A stretch of 64,000 nucleotides of DNA from a virus. Lineage: Duplodnaviria > Caudoviricetes. Shown one piece after another: positions 35,586 through 44,545 of the stretch. The position numbers and the translations under genes were made by a program. The notes below the pieces were generated by a model, which was not told the DNA's origin, ran no database searches, and saw only the letters and a list, made by a program, of their open reading frames with translations. The stretch lies in IMG/VR virus record IMGVR_UViG_3300010429_001449; one strand, 5' to 3'. The first letter of the stretch is position 1, and every line of letters starts with the position of its first letter.

Positions 35586-35603
35586 ACGAATCTCGCGGTC
35601 CGA

Positions 35604-35616
35604 GTTGTCAAAGAGC
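35604..35616 (-). promoter_or_regulatory. boxA-like element
   Basis: GCTCTTTGACAAC between the promoter and the first tRNA. Confidence 0.65.
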
Positions 35617-35638
35617 TACGTCAAACGACTCTACACCT

Positions 35639-35666
35639 AGTATAACGGAGAGGAACAGAATGTCAA
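35639..35666 (-). promoter_or_regulatory. Promoter of the tRNA/tmRNA operon
   Basis: TTGACA-N16-TATACT. Confidence 0.85.
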
Positions 35667-35683
35667 GAGGGAAATCGAAAGAA

Positions 35684-36115
35684 TCACAGGACTTTTACAA
35701 GCTGTCGGATGGCTTCGCGCAATGCTGCGTCGGCGTTCTGGCTTTTCGCGTAAGACATTTGCAGAGTTGTAAAGCCGGTTTCCAACTGCTGAAGCTTGCG
35801 CTGAGATTCGGCCAGGTGCTGTTTGGCGTTGTCTCGGTCGGCCCGCAGCGCCGCCGAAATCGCTTCTTGTTGTGTGTTCGGGGGCGGCGCAGGCGCGGCT
35901 GTCCTTCGTTCGTGCAAGAGCGAGACGATGATGACTCGGAGATCGTCCGTATCCGCGTCCTTTACAAGCTGAATCAACGCGGTTTCATCGCCCTTCTGTA
36001 ATGCAGCTACCGCGTCTTCCCATGCGTGTTGAACCAGAATTGAGCGGGCGCTCTCCAATATGGCTCGAAGACCGTCTGTCAAGGCTGCGGAGCAACTGTT
36101 ACACGTTGGAGGCAT
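35684..36115 (-). CDS. Hypothetical coiled-coil protein
   Basis: ATG at 36115 with AGGAG. Confidence 0.65.
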   Translation of the reverse strand: MPPTCNSCSAALTDGLRAILESARSILVQHAWEDAVAALQKGDETALIQLVKDADTDDLRVIIVSLLHERRTAAPAPPPNTQQEAISAALRADRDNAKQHLAESQRKLQQLETGFTTLQMSYAKSQNADAALREAIRQLVKVL

Positions 36116-36131
36116 AACATCTCCTAGAAAT

Positions 36132-36205
36132 TGGTGGCGGGAGCGGGTATCGATCCCGCTATTCGACCTTATGAGAGTCGCGTGATGCCTTTTCACTATC
36201 CCGCC
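36132..36205 (-). tRNA. tRNA(CAT), Met or Ile2; T loop ATCGATA
   Basis: GGCGGGA/TCCCGCC acceptor, loop CT-CAT-AA, CCA. Confidence 0.88.
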
Positions 36206-36223
36206 ACACAACCAGCAAAACAA

Positions 36224-37195
36224 TCAAAGCAGAGGGGGAACCTGTTCGGTGTCGCCCATGCGAAATACCTTAATCACTTCATCCGTCTTTATAGCGTTCC
36301 ACGCCTTGACCAGCAGGCCGAAAAGGTATCCGGGCGTGTGCTTGGTGGTAGAACGATACTGCTTCAACAGTTTGGTGTTCAGTTCGGCCAGATTAGGCAG
36401 CATTCTGCCGAGAGAGCTACTGTAGCCGCCGGTCTTGAATGCGGCCTCGAAGAAAGGATCAACAAGATCGCTGTCTTTTTCTTTGGCCAGAAAGTGAAAA
36501 GCCACTACCCACGCTCTGGGCAGACCTTTCACTATAGATTCGTAGGGTTGCGCTCTAACCAGGCTGTCCGTGAGGCTGGCGTCATTCTCTTTCACGAATT
36601 GGCGAAGCTCTAAGTTCGACACGTCGCCTTTGGAGTAGCTGGAATTCGCGTAAATGCGCTTCATATTAAACACTTGGATAACTCGCGCCGCCGCGCTCTT
36701 GTCGGTTCCGCGCTTGATTTCATCCAGCAGATTCAGGTTGTCTCCTGCAGTTCTGGCTTTGCCACTATCAAGAACAGACAAAGCGGCTTCGTCTGCGCGG
36801 CATCCATCAATCACCGTGTCGTTGTACTGAAAAACAAGAAAGACACACGTAGCCCCAGTTTTCTTTAATGCCACCAAGCGATGCTGACCATTACGCACCC
36901 GTCCAGCGGCATCGATGATGATAGCATCTGGAAGCAAGGGCCACTGCTTGTTAAGCATGTCCCTGCTGTACATATTAACACGATACGGACTAATATTCCG
37001 GTTTCGACCCGTCGCACCCAAATAGTAATCGACATTATGAGGTCCGATAGCCACCAACGAAACTGTAAACGGTAACTTGAGTCCGTCAGGAACTTTCAGA
37101 CTCTGCGGACCACGCACAATAAATTGAGCAATGAATTCGTCCTGCGACAACGTGTACTGCGGAACAACACCAGTATCCATCTTCTGATCGTCCAT
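36224..37195 (-). CDS. ParB/Srx-like (NGQHR) domain protein
   Basis: NR.IS...V..Y.RDM...W....I...G...NGQHRL.A...LDSG..RT. Confidence 0.78.
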   Translation of the reverse strand: MDDQKMDTGVVPQYTLSQDEFIAQFIVRGPQSLKVPDGLKLPFTVSLVAIGPHNVDYYLGATGRNRNISPYRVNMYSRDMLNKQWPLLPDAIIIDAAGRVRNGQHRLVALKKTGATCVFLVFQYNDTVIDGCRADEAALSVLDSGKARTAGDNLNLLDEIKRGTDKSAAARVIQVFNMKRIYANSSYSKGDVSNLELRQFVKENDASLTDSLVRAQPYESIVKGLPRAWVVAFHFLAKEKDSDLVDPFFEAAFKTGGYSSSLGRMLPNLAELNTKLLKQYRSTTKHTPGYLFGLLVKAWNAIKTDEVIKVFRMGDTEQVPPLL

Positions 37196-37260
37196 CACAC
37201 AACTCCTGTAAAAACTACGAAAAAGCATCGCTACAACAGCGACGTAACACCGCAACGAAA

Positions 37261-37338
37261 TGGTCGGGGTGGCCGAAATCGAATCGGCGGCCTCCAGTAC
37301 CCCAAACTGGCGCTCTAACCAGACTGAGCTACACCCCG
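37261..37338 (-). tRNA. tRNA-Pro(GGG)
   Basis: CGGGGTG/CACCCCG acceptor, loop TT-GGG-GT, CCA. Confidence 0.95.
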
Positions 37339-37346
37339 GAAGAAAG

Positions 37347-37424
37347 TGGTCGGAGTGGCGGGACTTGAACCCGCGACCTCGTGGTCCCGAACCACGCGCT
37401 CTACACAGGCTGAGCTACACTCCG
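37347..37424 (-). tRNA. tRNA-Pro(CGG)
   Basis: Loop TT-CGG-GA, canonical arms, CCA. Confidence 0.95.
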
Positions 37425-37435
37425 ACGAAGAAGAA

Positions 37436-37517
37436 TGGCCGACGAGGGTGTAGAGAGGTTTGTTTTGGCGCTCCCTTGCGGGGGCAGGTAACATGTACTC
37501 CCTACGGCATTCGGCCA
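37436..37517 (-). ncRNA. Y-RNA-like unit Y9 (minimal)
   Basis: GGCCGAATGC...TACATG...CTCGTCGGCC. Confidence 0.8.
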
Positions 37518-37522
37518 AAAGA

Positions 37523-37602
37523 TGGTCGGAGCGGCGGGAATCGAACCCGCGAAAACCTCTCGGTCCCAAGCCGAGCGCTCTACCAAGCTGAGCTACGCTC
37601 CG
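37523..37602 (-). tRNA. tRNA-Pro(TGG)
   Basis: Loop CT-TGG-GA, 8-nt variable loop, CCA. Confidence 0.93.
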
Positions 37603-37884
37603 TTTGCTTACAAAGACCGGCGCGGCAACGCCGGTCTCCGTGGAAAGGATTCCAATGTCCAAACAGACGGCGGCGCGTTACAAAGCCACACGCCGTGGGC
37701 AAAACGTCATGCGCCGCCTCGAAAGACGGCGCAGGTACTCCTTCCACACGTGGTGGATGAGCAAAGAGTTATAACGCACAGCAACCGTGTTGATCAAGCA
37801 CGGCGGCACGTACTCTTGTGCGCCGGAACTACCTCTCGACATTCGACTGCCGCCGGTACGCGCTTGTCGAGAGACGCTGTTGAC

Positions 37885-37961
37885 TGGTCGGGACAGTACG
37901 GAGTCGAACCGTTAATTTCCGAGCCTCGCGGTCGGCGTACTGCCGTTGTACTATCGTCCCG
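37885..37961 (-). ncRNA. tRNA-like RNA with Pro-type acceptor and non-canonical anticodon arm
   Basis: CGGGACG/TGTCCCG-A-CCA, GTAC D stem, TTCGACT T loop; anticodon arm CCGACC-GCGA-GGCTCGG. Confidence 0.7.
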
Positions 37962-37970
37962 AAAGAGAAC

Positions 37971-38045
37971 TGAGTCGACGAGGATCGCAAGAGACGTTTG
38001 GTAGTCCACAACGGGGCATGTAGTCCCTCGCTGGCATTCGACTCA
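37971..38045 (-). ncRNA. Y-RNA-like unit Y10 (minimal)
   Basis: GAGTCGAATGC...TACATG...CTCGTCGACTC. Confidence 0.8.
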
Positions 38046-38050
38046 AAAAC

Positions 38051-38225
38051 TGGTCGGACGAGGAAGGATTCTACCTTCATCTTCCGGGCGCAGAGCTATG
38101 GGTACGCTCGGCTGTTCTAGTTGAACTACTACTGAGACACCTCCGAGAGTCGGTATTGAGACGCCTGCCCAAAGCAGGCATCTCAACCATTTACTCTACC
38201 GGGCTACGTCTCATTGGGTCGTCCG
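38051..38225 (-). ncRNA. tRNA-like RNA (175 nt) with a roughly 90-nt hairpin insert before the D arm
   Basis: Perfect CGGACGA/TCGTCCG acceptor plus ACCA; GTTC/GAAC D stem; GAAGG/CCTTC T stem. Confidence 0.62.
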
Positions 38226-38232
38226 TAATCAA

Positions 38233-38245
38233 GTTATCAAAGAGC
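38233..38245 (-). promoter_or_regulatory. boxA-like element
   Basis: GCTCTTTGATAAC. Confidence 0.62.
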
Positions 38246-38255
38246 GTCTGTTCCT

Positions 38256-38283
38256 AGTATAACGGAGATACGCATAATGTCAA
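38256..38283 (-). promoter_or_regulatory. Promoter of the tRNA-Pro/Y-RNA operon
   Basis: TTGACA-N16-TATACT. Confidence 0.85.
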
Positions 38284-38390
38284 GAGACATTTTGCAAAAA
38301 TCGCCAAAAGAAAAGGCGGCCAAGGTGGGGGCACGCCCTGACCGCCTGGAGGCAATTGGCGGGTGAGAACCATCCGCTGTCTTTAAGCTA

Positions 38391-39026
38391 CTACTCAGCA
38401 AGCATCACGTCAAGAGGATTTTTGCCGACCTGCGCCAAAGCCAGAAGATTCCTGACCAAAGCGCTTCCTGCGGGCTTGGGATCATAGAGAATAGTATAAG
38501 CTGTCAGAGCCGCGCTCAACAACACCGTATGCCGATGGTAAGAGGCCACAGCGCGAGACAGAACAGAAGACTGAGCCGGAACGGACAAATCAAACAACAA
38601 TGCCGCCAGAATGTGCGGACACATACCCTCGAACATGGGCAGCCCGACGAGAGATTCTGCCGTGTCTGCCGACAAACAACCGCACCACAACCGTTTTCGT
38701 TCGGGCCAACGCCAAACAGGGAACACGCTACGAATAGCGCCGGGAATCCTCAAATGCTGCGTCGTATAGTCCCCAACAGCCCTGCCTTCGGAAAAGATGT
38801 TACGGAAACTACTTTCGCCGCTGGAGGGAGGCAGTACAGTCGAGAAGAAGCCTATGTTACCATCCCGCCAACCAACGACCTTCAACTGCGGTACGATAGC
38901 CAGAGACTCGCGGAACTCGCTGGAGCGCATAAGCTCAGCGGTAGTGATCAGCCGTCTATAAATGCCTGTGTTCTCGAAGGTTACAGGAATAGGCTTCTGG
39001 TCATCCGTCATCGTCGTCTCGTTCAA
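38391..39026 (-). CDS. Hypothetical protein with SWIM-like CxC...CxH motif
   Basis: WCGC...MCPH. Confidence 0.68.
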   Translation of the reverse strand: MNETTMTDDQKPIPVTFENTGIYRRLITTAELMRSSEFRESLAIVPQLKVVGWRDGNIGFFSTVLPPSSGESSFRNIFSEGRAVGDYTTQHLRIPGAIRSVFPVWRWPERKRLWCGCLSADTAESLVGLPMFEGMCPHILAALLFDLSVPAQSSVLSRAVASYHRHTVLLSAALTAYTILYDPKPAGSALVRNLLALAQVGKNPLDVMLAE

Positions 39027-39831
39027 GAGGGGTTATTGCGGGAAGCCACTCGTTCTGTTTGTAGCTCGATTTCACCGGAACCCAGCGACCACTGAAAGCC
39101 ACGGACGCGACGTGTTCACACATACCGAATTGATAGTAGGGCGCGTCGGGGCAACTATCGTCGAGTAACTTGTATCGATGACAGTCGCATTGCAATTCTC
39201 CTGCGCCGTCGCCCCACACAGACGCTTGCAGACTACCGCGCTGTTGTTTGAGACAAAGCCAGCCAGACAAACTCACGTTGAAGACGTGCCACGAATCCGC
39301 TCGCTTAACAAACGCATCCCAGTGCTTGAGATTTCGCAGCATCGCCGTAGTTGCAAGGCGCTGCCGCAACAATGCCCCCTCAGTCAACACGACACGATGT
39401 TCCGGATTCCCGCCTTCAACACACAAATCGGCGGGAAAAACCCGTTTTACCGGAACGTGCCAACGATCCTTGCATTGAACAGCAACTACGTGGCGGCACA
39501 ACCCAAGCTGAACAAAAGGAGTATCGCCTACCAACTTCGGCGAGAAGACCCACTTGCAGTTGCAGACTAATTGGCCGTAGGGCGTAGCCACAACCTCATA
39601 CTGCGTATCGTTGTCGTAAACTACCAACCGCCCGTCTCTTAACAACTTTACGCACAGCGTGCTGGTTTCCCTCTGAAAATCATTCCACGCCTTGCTACGA
39701 CTCAATCTAGCGGTCGCGTCTAGGTGAGCGAGATAACGCGGCCCTAGCGTTATGAACGACTCCTTACCTGCCAGCACTAAGCGCGTGTAGTCCCGCGCAT
39801 TTACATAGGTAGTCTGTTCGGAGTTGTTCAT
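39001..39831 (-). CDS. Protein with two SWIM-type zinc fingers
   Basis: CNC...CRHVVAV and CDC...CEHVASV. Confidence 0.75.
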   Translation of the reverse strand: MNNSEQTTYVNARDYTRLVLAGKESFITLGPRYLAHLDATARLSRSKAWNDFQRETSTLCVKLLRDGRLVVYDNDTQYEVVATPYGQLVCNCKWVFSPKLVGDTPFVQLGLCRHVVAVQCKDRWHVPVKRVFPADLCVEGGNPEHRVVLTEGALLRQRLATTAMLRNLKHWDAFVKRADSWHVFNVSLSGWLCLKQQRGSLQASVWGDGAGELQCDCHRYKLLDDSCPDAPYYQFGMCEHVASVAFSGRWVPVKSSYKQNEWLPAITPLERDDDDG

Positions 39832-40346
39832 GAGCGCGTGTCGGCAAAACGAACAAAACGCTCTAGCGCCTCTCGCTTAACCCGTTCTACTGCTACTTGA
39901 ATTTTTACGCCGGTGCTGTCCTGCACATCAGGGGTAAGCTGTTCCACCCACGCAGGAACATCGCCGCCGGGCCACACGCCGTTCTGTTCCCGCGCAAGAA
40001 CATCGCGCACAAGCTCCCCGAATGCGGCGGCAGGATAGTCTCTTATCGCCGCATTTTCGATAGAAAGACGCTCTGGTTGAGGCTTAACGAAAAACAGCTT
40101 ATGCAACCCCCGCACGTAAAAGGCATTCAAGTCCTCCAAACCGAGCGCGTTCGCCTCCAACACGCCAGGCCAGAAGCCAGTCCAGCGGGCGAACAGCGGG
40201 TCGTGTCCCTTGCAGTCGCAGCCTAGCCGCTGACCGCCACAAACAGAACAATGCTCAACATCACAATCCGTCAAATGCGGTTGTCCCGGCTCAACGCCGC
40301 AATCAGGACACGCTCTTGGACACAAAACAGCCTCTTTATCGCTCAT
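39828..40346 (-). CDS. Hypothetical Cys-rich protein
   Basis: CPDCGV.PG..H...CDVE.C..CGGQ...C.C motif. Confidence 0.72.
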   Translation of the reverse strand: MSDKEAVLCPRACPDCGVEPGQPHLTDCDVEHCSVCGGQRLGCDCKGHDPLFARWTGFWPGVLEANALGLEDLNAFYVRGLHKLFFVKPQPERLSIENAAIRDYPAAAFGELVRDVLAREQNGVWPGGDVPAWVEQLTPDVQDSTGVKIQVAVERVKREALERFVRFADTRS

Positions 40347-41025
40347 CGAGACTCTCCATTTCTTGAATCGCCTTTTGTAGATTAACTCTGGCTACCTGCT
40401 CCAACGGCGCGAACTCCGCAGACAAGTAGAGCCGAGGCCGGGAAGCCATGTCCTTATAGAACCGCAGGCGTCCCGCACAAAACTCCTCATCGGAGTACTG
40501 AAGATACTCCTGTCGAATGTACCTCGTGTTTGCCTTGAATATTGCCCACGGCGTGGCCAGACAGTGAAGATCAACGTCGTGCGTGATGTTCGTTTCCCAA
40601 CTCGGAATGTACAACCCATCTCCGAAATGCTGTGTGGCAAGAACGCAGTTGATTACGGCCCTCGCCGTCTCCGGACACTCTACACTCGTAAAAATCGCGC
40701 CCGCAAAATCGGCGCTTGCGCGTTCGCCAGACGCAGCATCAACACCGCCAACTACGCGCTGACTGGCGGCCATAACTCCCATAAACGCATCGTGGAAAAA
40801 GAGCGCCAACTCTACCGTGTTCTTGTTAAACACGGCTGCTCTCGGTGCGTAGCGATCCAGCACACCCAGACAGTCCACAAGATGACGCGGCCCGTGATAA
40901 CAGCGTCCCGGCCCGGTGTACAACGTCCAAAGCAACTCGAACGTACTGTCTCGGACATCGGGACGGCCATCGACCCACGCGGCGCACCAACGTTCCTGCA
41001 ATAATTCCTTGCTGTCGCAAGCCAT
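40336..41025 (-). CDS. HD-superfamily metal-dependent phosphohydrolase
   Basis: R.YH...H, ALFFHD, D.DL..L, IR.EY...F..GR. Confidence 0.85.
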   Translation of the reverse strand: MACDSKELLQERWCAAWVDGRPDVRDSTFELLWTLYTGPGRCYHGPRHLVDCLGVLDRYAPRAAVFNKNTVELALFFHDAFMGVMAASQRVVGGVDAASGERASADFAGAIFTSVECPETARAVINCVLATQHFGDGLYIPSWETNITHDVDLHCLATPWAIFKANTRYIRQEYLQYSDEEFCAGRLRFYKDMASRPRLYLSAEFAPLEQVARVNLQKAIQEMESLDER

Positions 41026-41056
41026 TAGACAAACTCCTCTCTGACCGTCTATGTCT

Positions 41057-41084
41057 AGTATAACGGAGCGCGAGGAAATGTCAA
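41057..41084 (-). promoter_or_regulatory. Conserved phage promoter
   Basis: TTGACA-N16-TATACT. Confidence 0.85.
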
Positions 41085-41092
41085 GGGGATTT

Positions 41093-42658
41093 TCAGGACG
41101 GAAAACCTCTGCTGACCCAATCGATAGCCTTCTTGGTGCGGGCCAACCGTTCTGCTTCTTGTCTAGCCAGGGCGAGAGCGTCGTCCCGCGAACGAATCGT
41201 TCCTTCTAGTTGCGCGTCCTGTACAGCCGTCAAGACCTCGCTGAATATTGGACTGGGCGAGAAGCCCATCGCAATAAGGTCGTGTCCGGTCAAGAGCGGT
41301 TTCGGCTTCACCTGTTCGGGAGGAAGCTCTTCTTTCTTGCGCCGGAGCCACTCGTAATCCGAAAGATCGCCGTTGCTTCCCACAGCATCGGCGCGATGAA
41401 GGGCCAGCAACCGGTCGAACAGAGGATGCGCCATAATGCGCTTGAGCTTGGACAACTTCATGTCCTTGGCGTACGTCGGCACTAAGTGATGCTCAACAAG
41501 CCACTGGATAGCCTCAACATCAGCGTTGCTGAGCCTCATCCTCTTGCCAATCTCTCCTATCATCTCGGCCCCGACATCCTCATGTCTGTGGAACGTGATC
41601 CGCTGTTTGGCGTCGTTGAAGGCTTGTGTCTTAGGCTTGCCCACGTCGTGAAGGAGAGTAGCCCACGTCAAGACCAGATCGCCTTTAGGTTCCAGCTTAT
41701 CCAGCATCAAAAGCGTGTGTTCCCATACCGTACCTTCGGGGTGGAAGTCTTCCGGCTGCTCAATACCCTTCGTGGCGGCCATCTCGGGAAGCACTTTATC
41801 CAAAAGGTTCAAACCGTCGAGCAGCCGGAGTGCTTGCCCCGGATGTTGCGTTTGAAGCATCTTCCCTAACTCGTCGGTTATACGCTCTTGGCTGATGCCC
41901 GTGATCTTGTCCGCGTTGCTCTTTATGGCGTCGGCAGTCTTCTTGTCCATCTCGAAGCCGAAACGCGCCGCAAAACGGACGGCGCGGAGCATACGGAGAT
42001 AATCCTCTGCAAATCGGTCATTAGGGTCGCCTACGGCGCGTAAGACGCCGTTTTCCAGGTCTTGTTGGCCTCCAACGTAGTCGATGACCTTCTTCTCTTT
42101 GGGGTCGAAAAACAAGGCGTTTATCGTGAAGTCGCGCCGCTCAGCGTCTTTTTCAGCGGTCGAGAAGCTCACTTCGTCCGGATGCCGTCCGTCCGCATAT
42201 CCGCTTTCAGTCCGGAAGGTTGCGATTTCAAACTCGTCATCTCCATCTCGAACCCTTGACACGCCGAAGGCTTCCCCCGCAAACTTGGATTCGGGCCATA
42301 TCTTGGAAACTTCGTCCGGCGTCGCGGAAGTTGCTATGTCTATGTCGTGACAGTCACGACCGAGAAGCATGTCTCGCACACAGCCGCCCGCAAAATAGGC
42401 TTCATGCCCGGCGTCCTTCAAACGCTCAACAATGTTCGTGGCGGCTTTGCCTTGCTGGGAATCGAGAACCGCCGCCCAAGCATCTTCTTTGATCTTCTTC
42501 TCGGGCTTCTTTTCTTCTTCTCCTTCAGCGGCTCCGGCGGCAGAAGTAAACTGCCCGGTTTCAGGGTCTTTGCATCTGCTGCCTGGTTTACCGGGAGCGA
42601 TTTGACACGGCTTGTCGTCGGCTTTCCTGAATGCTGTTTGTATCCAATCATAGGGCAT
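41093..42658 (-). CDS. cca: CCA-adding tRNA nucleotidyltransferase (class II) with HD domain and N-terminal extension
   Basis: AGGCVRD, DIDIAT, DAERRDFTINAL, RFAEDYLRMLRAVRF, HPEG.V..H, LLHDVGKP. Confidence 0.93.
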   Translation of the reverse strand: MPYDWIQTAFRKADDKPCQIAPGKPGSRCKDPETGQFTSAAGAAEGEEEKKPEKKIKEDAWAAVLDSQQGKAATNIVERLKDAGHEAYFAGGCVRDMLLGRDCHDIDIATSATPDEVSKIWPESKFAGEAFGVSRVRDGDDEFEIATFRTESGYADGRHPDEVSFSTAEKDAERRDFTINALFFDPKEKKVIDYVGGQQDLENGVLRAVGDPNDRFAEDYLRMLRAVRFAARFGFEMDKKTADAIKSNADKITGISQERITDELGKMLQTQHPGQALRLLDGLNLLDKVLPEMAATKGIEQPEDFHPEGTVWEHTLLMLDKLEPKGDLVLTWATLLHDVGKPKTQAFNDAKQRITFHRHEDVGAEMIGEIGKRMRLSNADVEAIQWLVEHHLVPTYAKDMKLSKLKRIMAHPLFDRLLALHRADAVGSNGDLSDYEWLRRKKEELPPEQVKPKPLLTGHDLIAMGFSPSPIFSEVLTAVQDAQLEGTIRSRDDALALARQEAERLARTKKAIDWVSRGFPS

Positions 42659-42673
42659 ACACAAACATCTCCA

Positions 42674-44545
42674 TCAATAAAGATCGAACACGCCTTCTTG
42701 AACCAGGCGGCGCAGGCGGCTGACACGCTCGTCGATCTCGTTCCCATAAAACCCGTGCCGCAACAGAGTACGACGGAACGCGCTGACGTTCACGTTTTTC
42801 AGCTTCTCGTACACATCGTCAGCAATAGGTTGCTGGTGCAGGGGATAACCGAAACTTGTTGCTCGGAACGTCCCGTAGTACATACCGCCATTGTCGATAG
42901 CAACGACTCGTCCCTTTTCCGTCAACATAATATTGCCGCCGTGTCGATCCGCGTTCAACATAATCGCATCCAGCGCTAATATTCTGTGCAGCCAACCACT
43001 ATCTTCGCTATCCAAAAACGCATTCGTGCTGACCGCTGGCATCGCATCAGCGATATCAAAGTTATCGGGGAACCCAAGACGATTAACGTCCGTCTGCAAA
43101 GAGACGCCTTGGAATGACCCATGCTTATGCGCAAATTCGCCGCCCAAATTGGCGGTAGGAGGCACTATATTGAAGCCCAGGACTTGATCGATGTCGTAAG
43201 CAGCCTCCTCAGCGTATGCCGTTCCGTGCTGCGCATTGAGTTTGCACAGCGCTCGGCTACCGTCTGCTGTAGTGAGCCAGAACGTAGTGTTTATACCGCC
43301 GCTTTCGCTTAATTCCTCTCGATCACCGGGTTCCGCCTCCGCGAGCGCGGCTTCGAGAATAGCCTTGTTAGCGGGTGATCCCAGCGGAATGTCGTCGGGA
43401 GTGCTTGCGCTAATGCGCCCAATGGTCTCTCGCGTTTGTGCCGCGCTCTCCAGTTGCTGCTCGGTTGCAAGAGTTAAGTCGTCTCCTTCAGAGGCGATCT
43501 TGTGATCGAGCACAGCGGCAAGAGCAGTAACGCCCAAGAGGACTAATGATTTCCCACGGCGCAACCCTCTAATGAACATCTCAGTCTCTTCTGCGATGAT
43601 CTGGGAATCTCCGTCAGGAGCGTACTTGGCAAGCCATCCACTCACGTCCTTCTTGTAGCTTTCAACCTCAGAGTCGTCGGCAATAAGCGCGTCAGTCCGC
43701 TCCTCCACAGCGAACATACCAAACAACTCCTTCACAACAGCCGCCTCGATACGATACTCATGCGCTATATTCTGTATGCGCCCCGCCTGCGCGGAACCGC
43801 CGGTCTTGGCAAGATTAATCGCCCATAGCGTAGAATAAGGCGTTCCCTTATAGGTCAACCCACCAACCACAGCGCTCGCTATCTGCTCGTAGATTTGAAT
43901 GTCAGCCGGACCTACATAACCTTGAGTATAGTTGTACGACGCCTTGACCGAGGCTACCGAAATACCATTCTGAAGACACTCTTCGTTGTATTCATCAGCC
44001 GCTTGCTTTAGGGCATCGCGCTCAGCGGCAGGAACAGCGCCGGTCTTGTCCAACGCTGCCGAGAAGAACTCTGAAATAATCTCATCCTTACTAAGATTAC
44101 CGGCTCTAACGCGATCAAGAAGATTTTGGTAAGCTGGGGTGTGATAAAGCTCGTCCTGAGACCAGTGAAACACGCGCCCTATTCCCATGCCGTCGTAGAC
44201 ACTATCTAACACCGCATGAACACCGGCAGTATCGCCGGGGCGCAATGCACCAAGGGCGTTAATCTTGTCAGACGCAGCCTTGTAAACGCTCTCCCCTAAA
44301 GCGCTTGATTCCACGCCGTAACCTTGATCGCGCCTCCGGGATATCTCGCGTTCCTTGGTGGAGGACTTCCTTTCTTCGCTCCTGTGCTGTGACGCCTCCG
44401 CTCCTTGCGCAGTACCTGCTCTGCCCGCCGACGTAAACTCACCCGTAGCAGGATCGTGACAACGATTCCCCACTCTGCCGGAGCCGCGACTGCACTCGCT
44501 CTGCTCCTGCTTCTCCAGCGCGTACTTGATCCAATCGTAGATCAC
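42674..44545 (-). CDS. Large protein with C-terminal PI3/PI4-kinase-like (HipA-related fold) domain
   Basis: GGIN.T...CK...E.AAY.ID..LG...VPPT...GS.Q...D....NADRHGGN...AIDNG. Confidence 0.8.
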   Translation of the reverse strand: MIYDWIKYALEKQEQSECSRGSGRVGNRCHDPATGEFTSAGRAGTAQGAEASQHRSEERKSSTKEREISRRRDQGYGVESSALGESVYKAASDKINALGALRPGDTAGVHAVLDSVYDGMGIGRVFHWSQDELYHTPAYQNLLDRVRAGNLSKDEIISEFFSAALDKTGAVPAAERDALKQAADEYNEECLQNGISVASVKASYNYTQGYVGPADIQIYEQIASAVVGGLTYKGTPYSTLWAINLAKTGGSAQAGRIQNIAHEYRIEAAVVKELFGMFAVEERTDALIADDSEVESYKKDVSGWLAKYAPDGDSQIIAEETEMFIRGLRRGKSLVLLGVTALAAVLDHKIASEGDDLTLATEQQLESAAQTRETIGRISASTPDDIPLGSPANKAILEAALAEAEPGDREELSESGGINTTFWLTTADGSRALCKLNAQHGTAYAEEAAYDIDQVLGFNIVPPTANLGGEFAHKHGSFQGVSLQTDVNRLGFPDNFDIADAMPAVSTNAFLDSEDSGWLHRILALDAIMLNADRHGGNIMLTEKGRVVAIDNGGMYYGTFRATSFGYPLHQQPIADDVYEKLKNVNVSAFRRTLLRHGFYGNEIDERVSRLRRLVQEGVFDLY

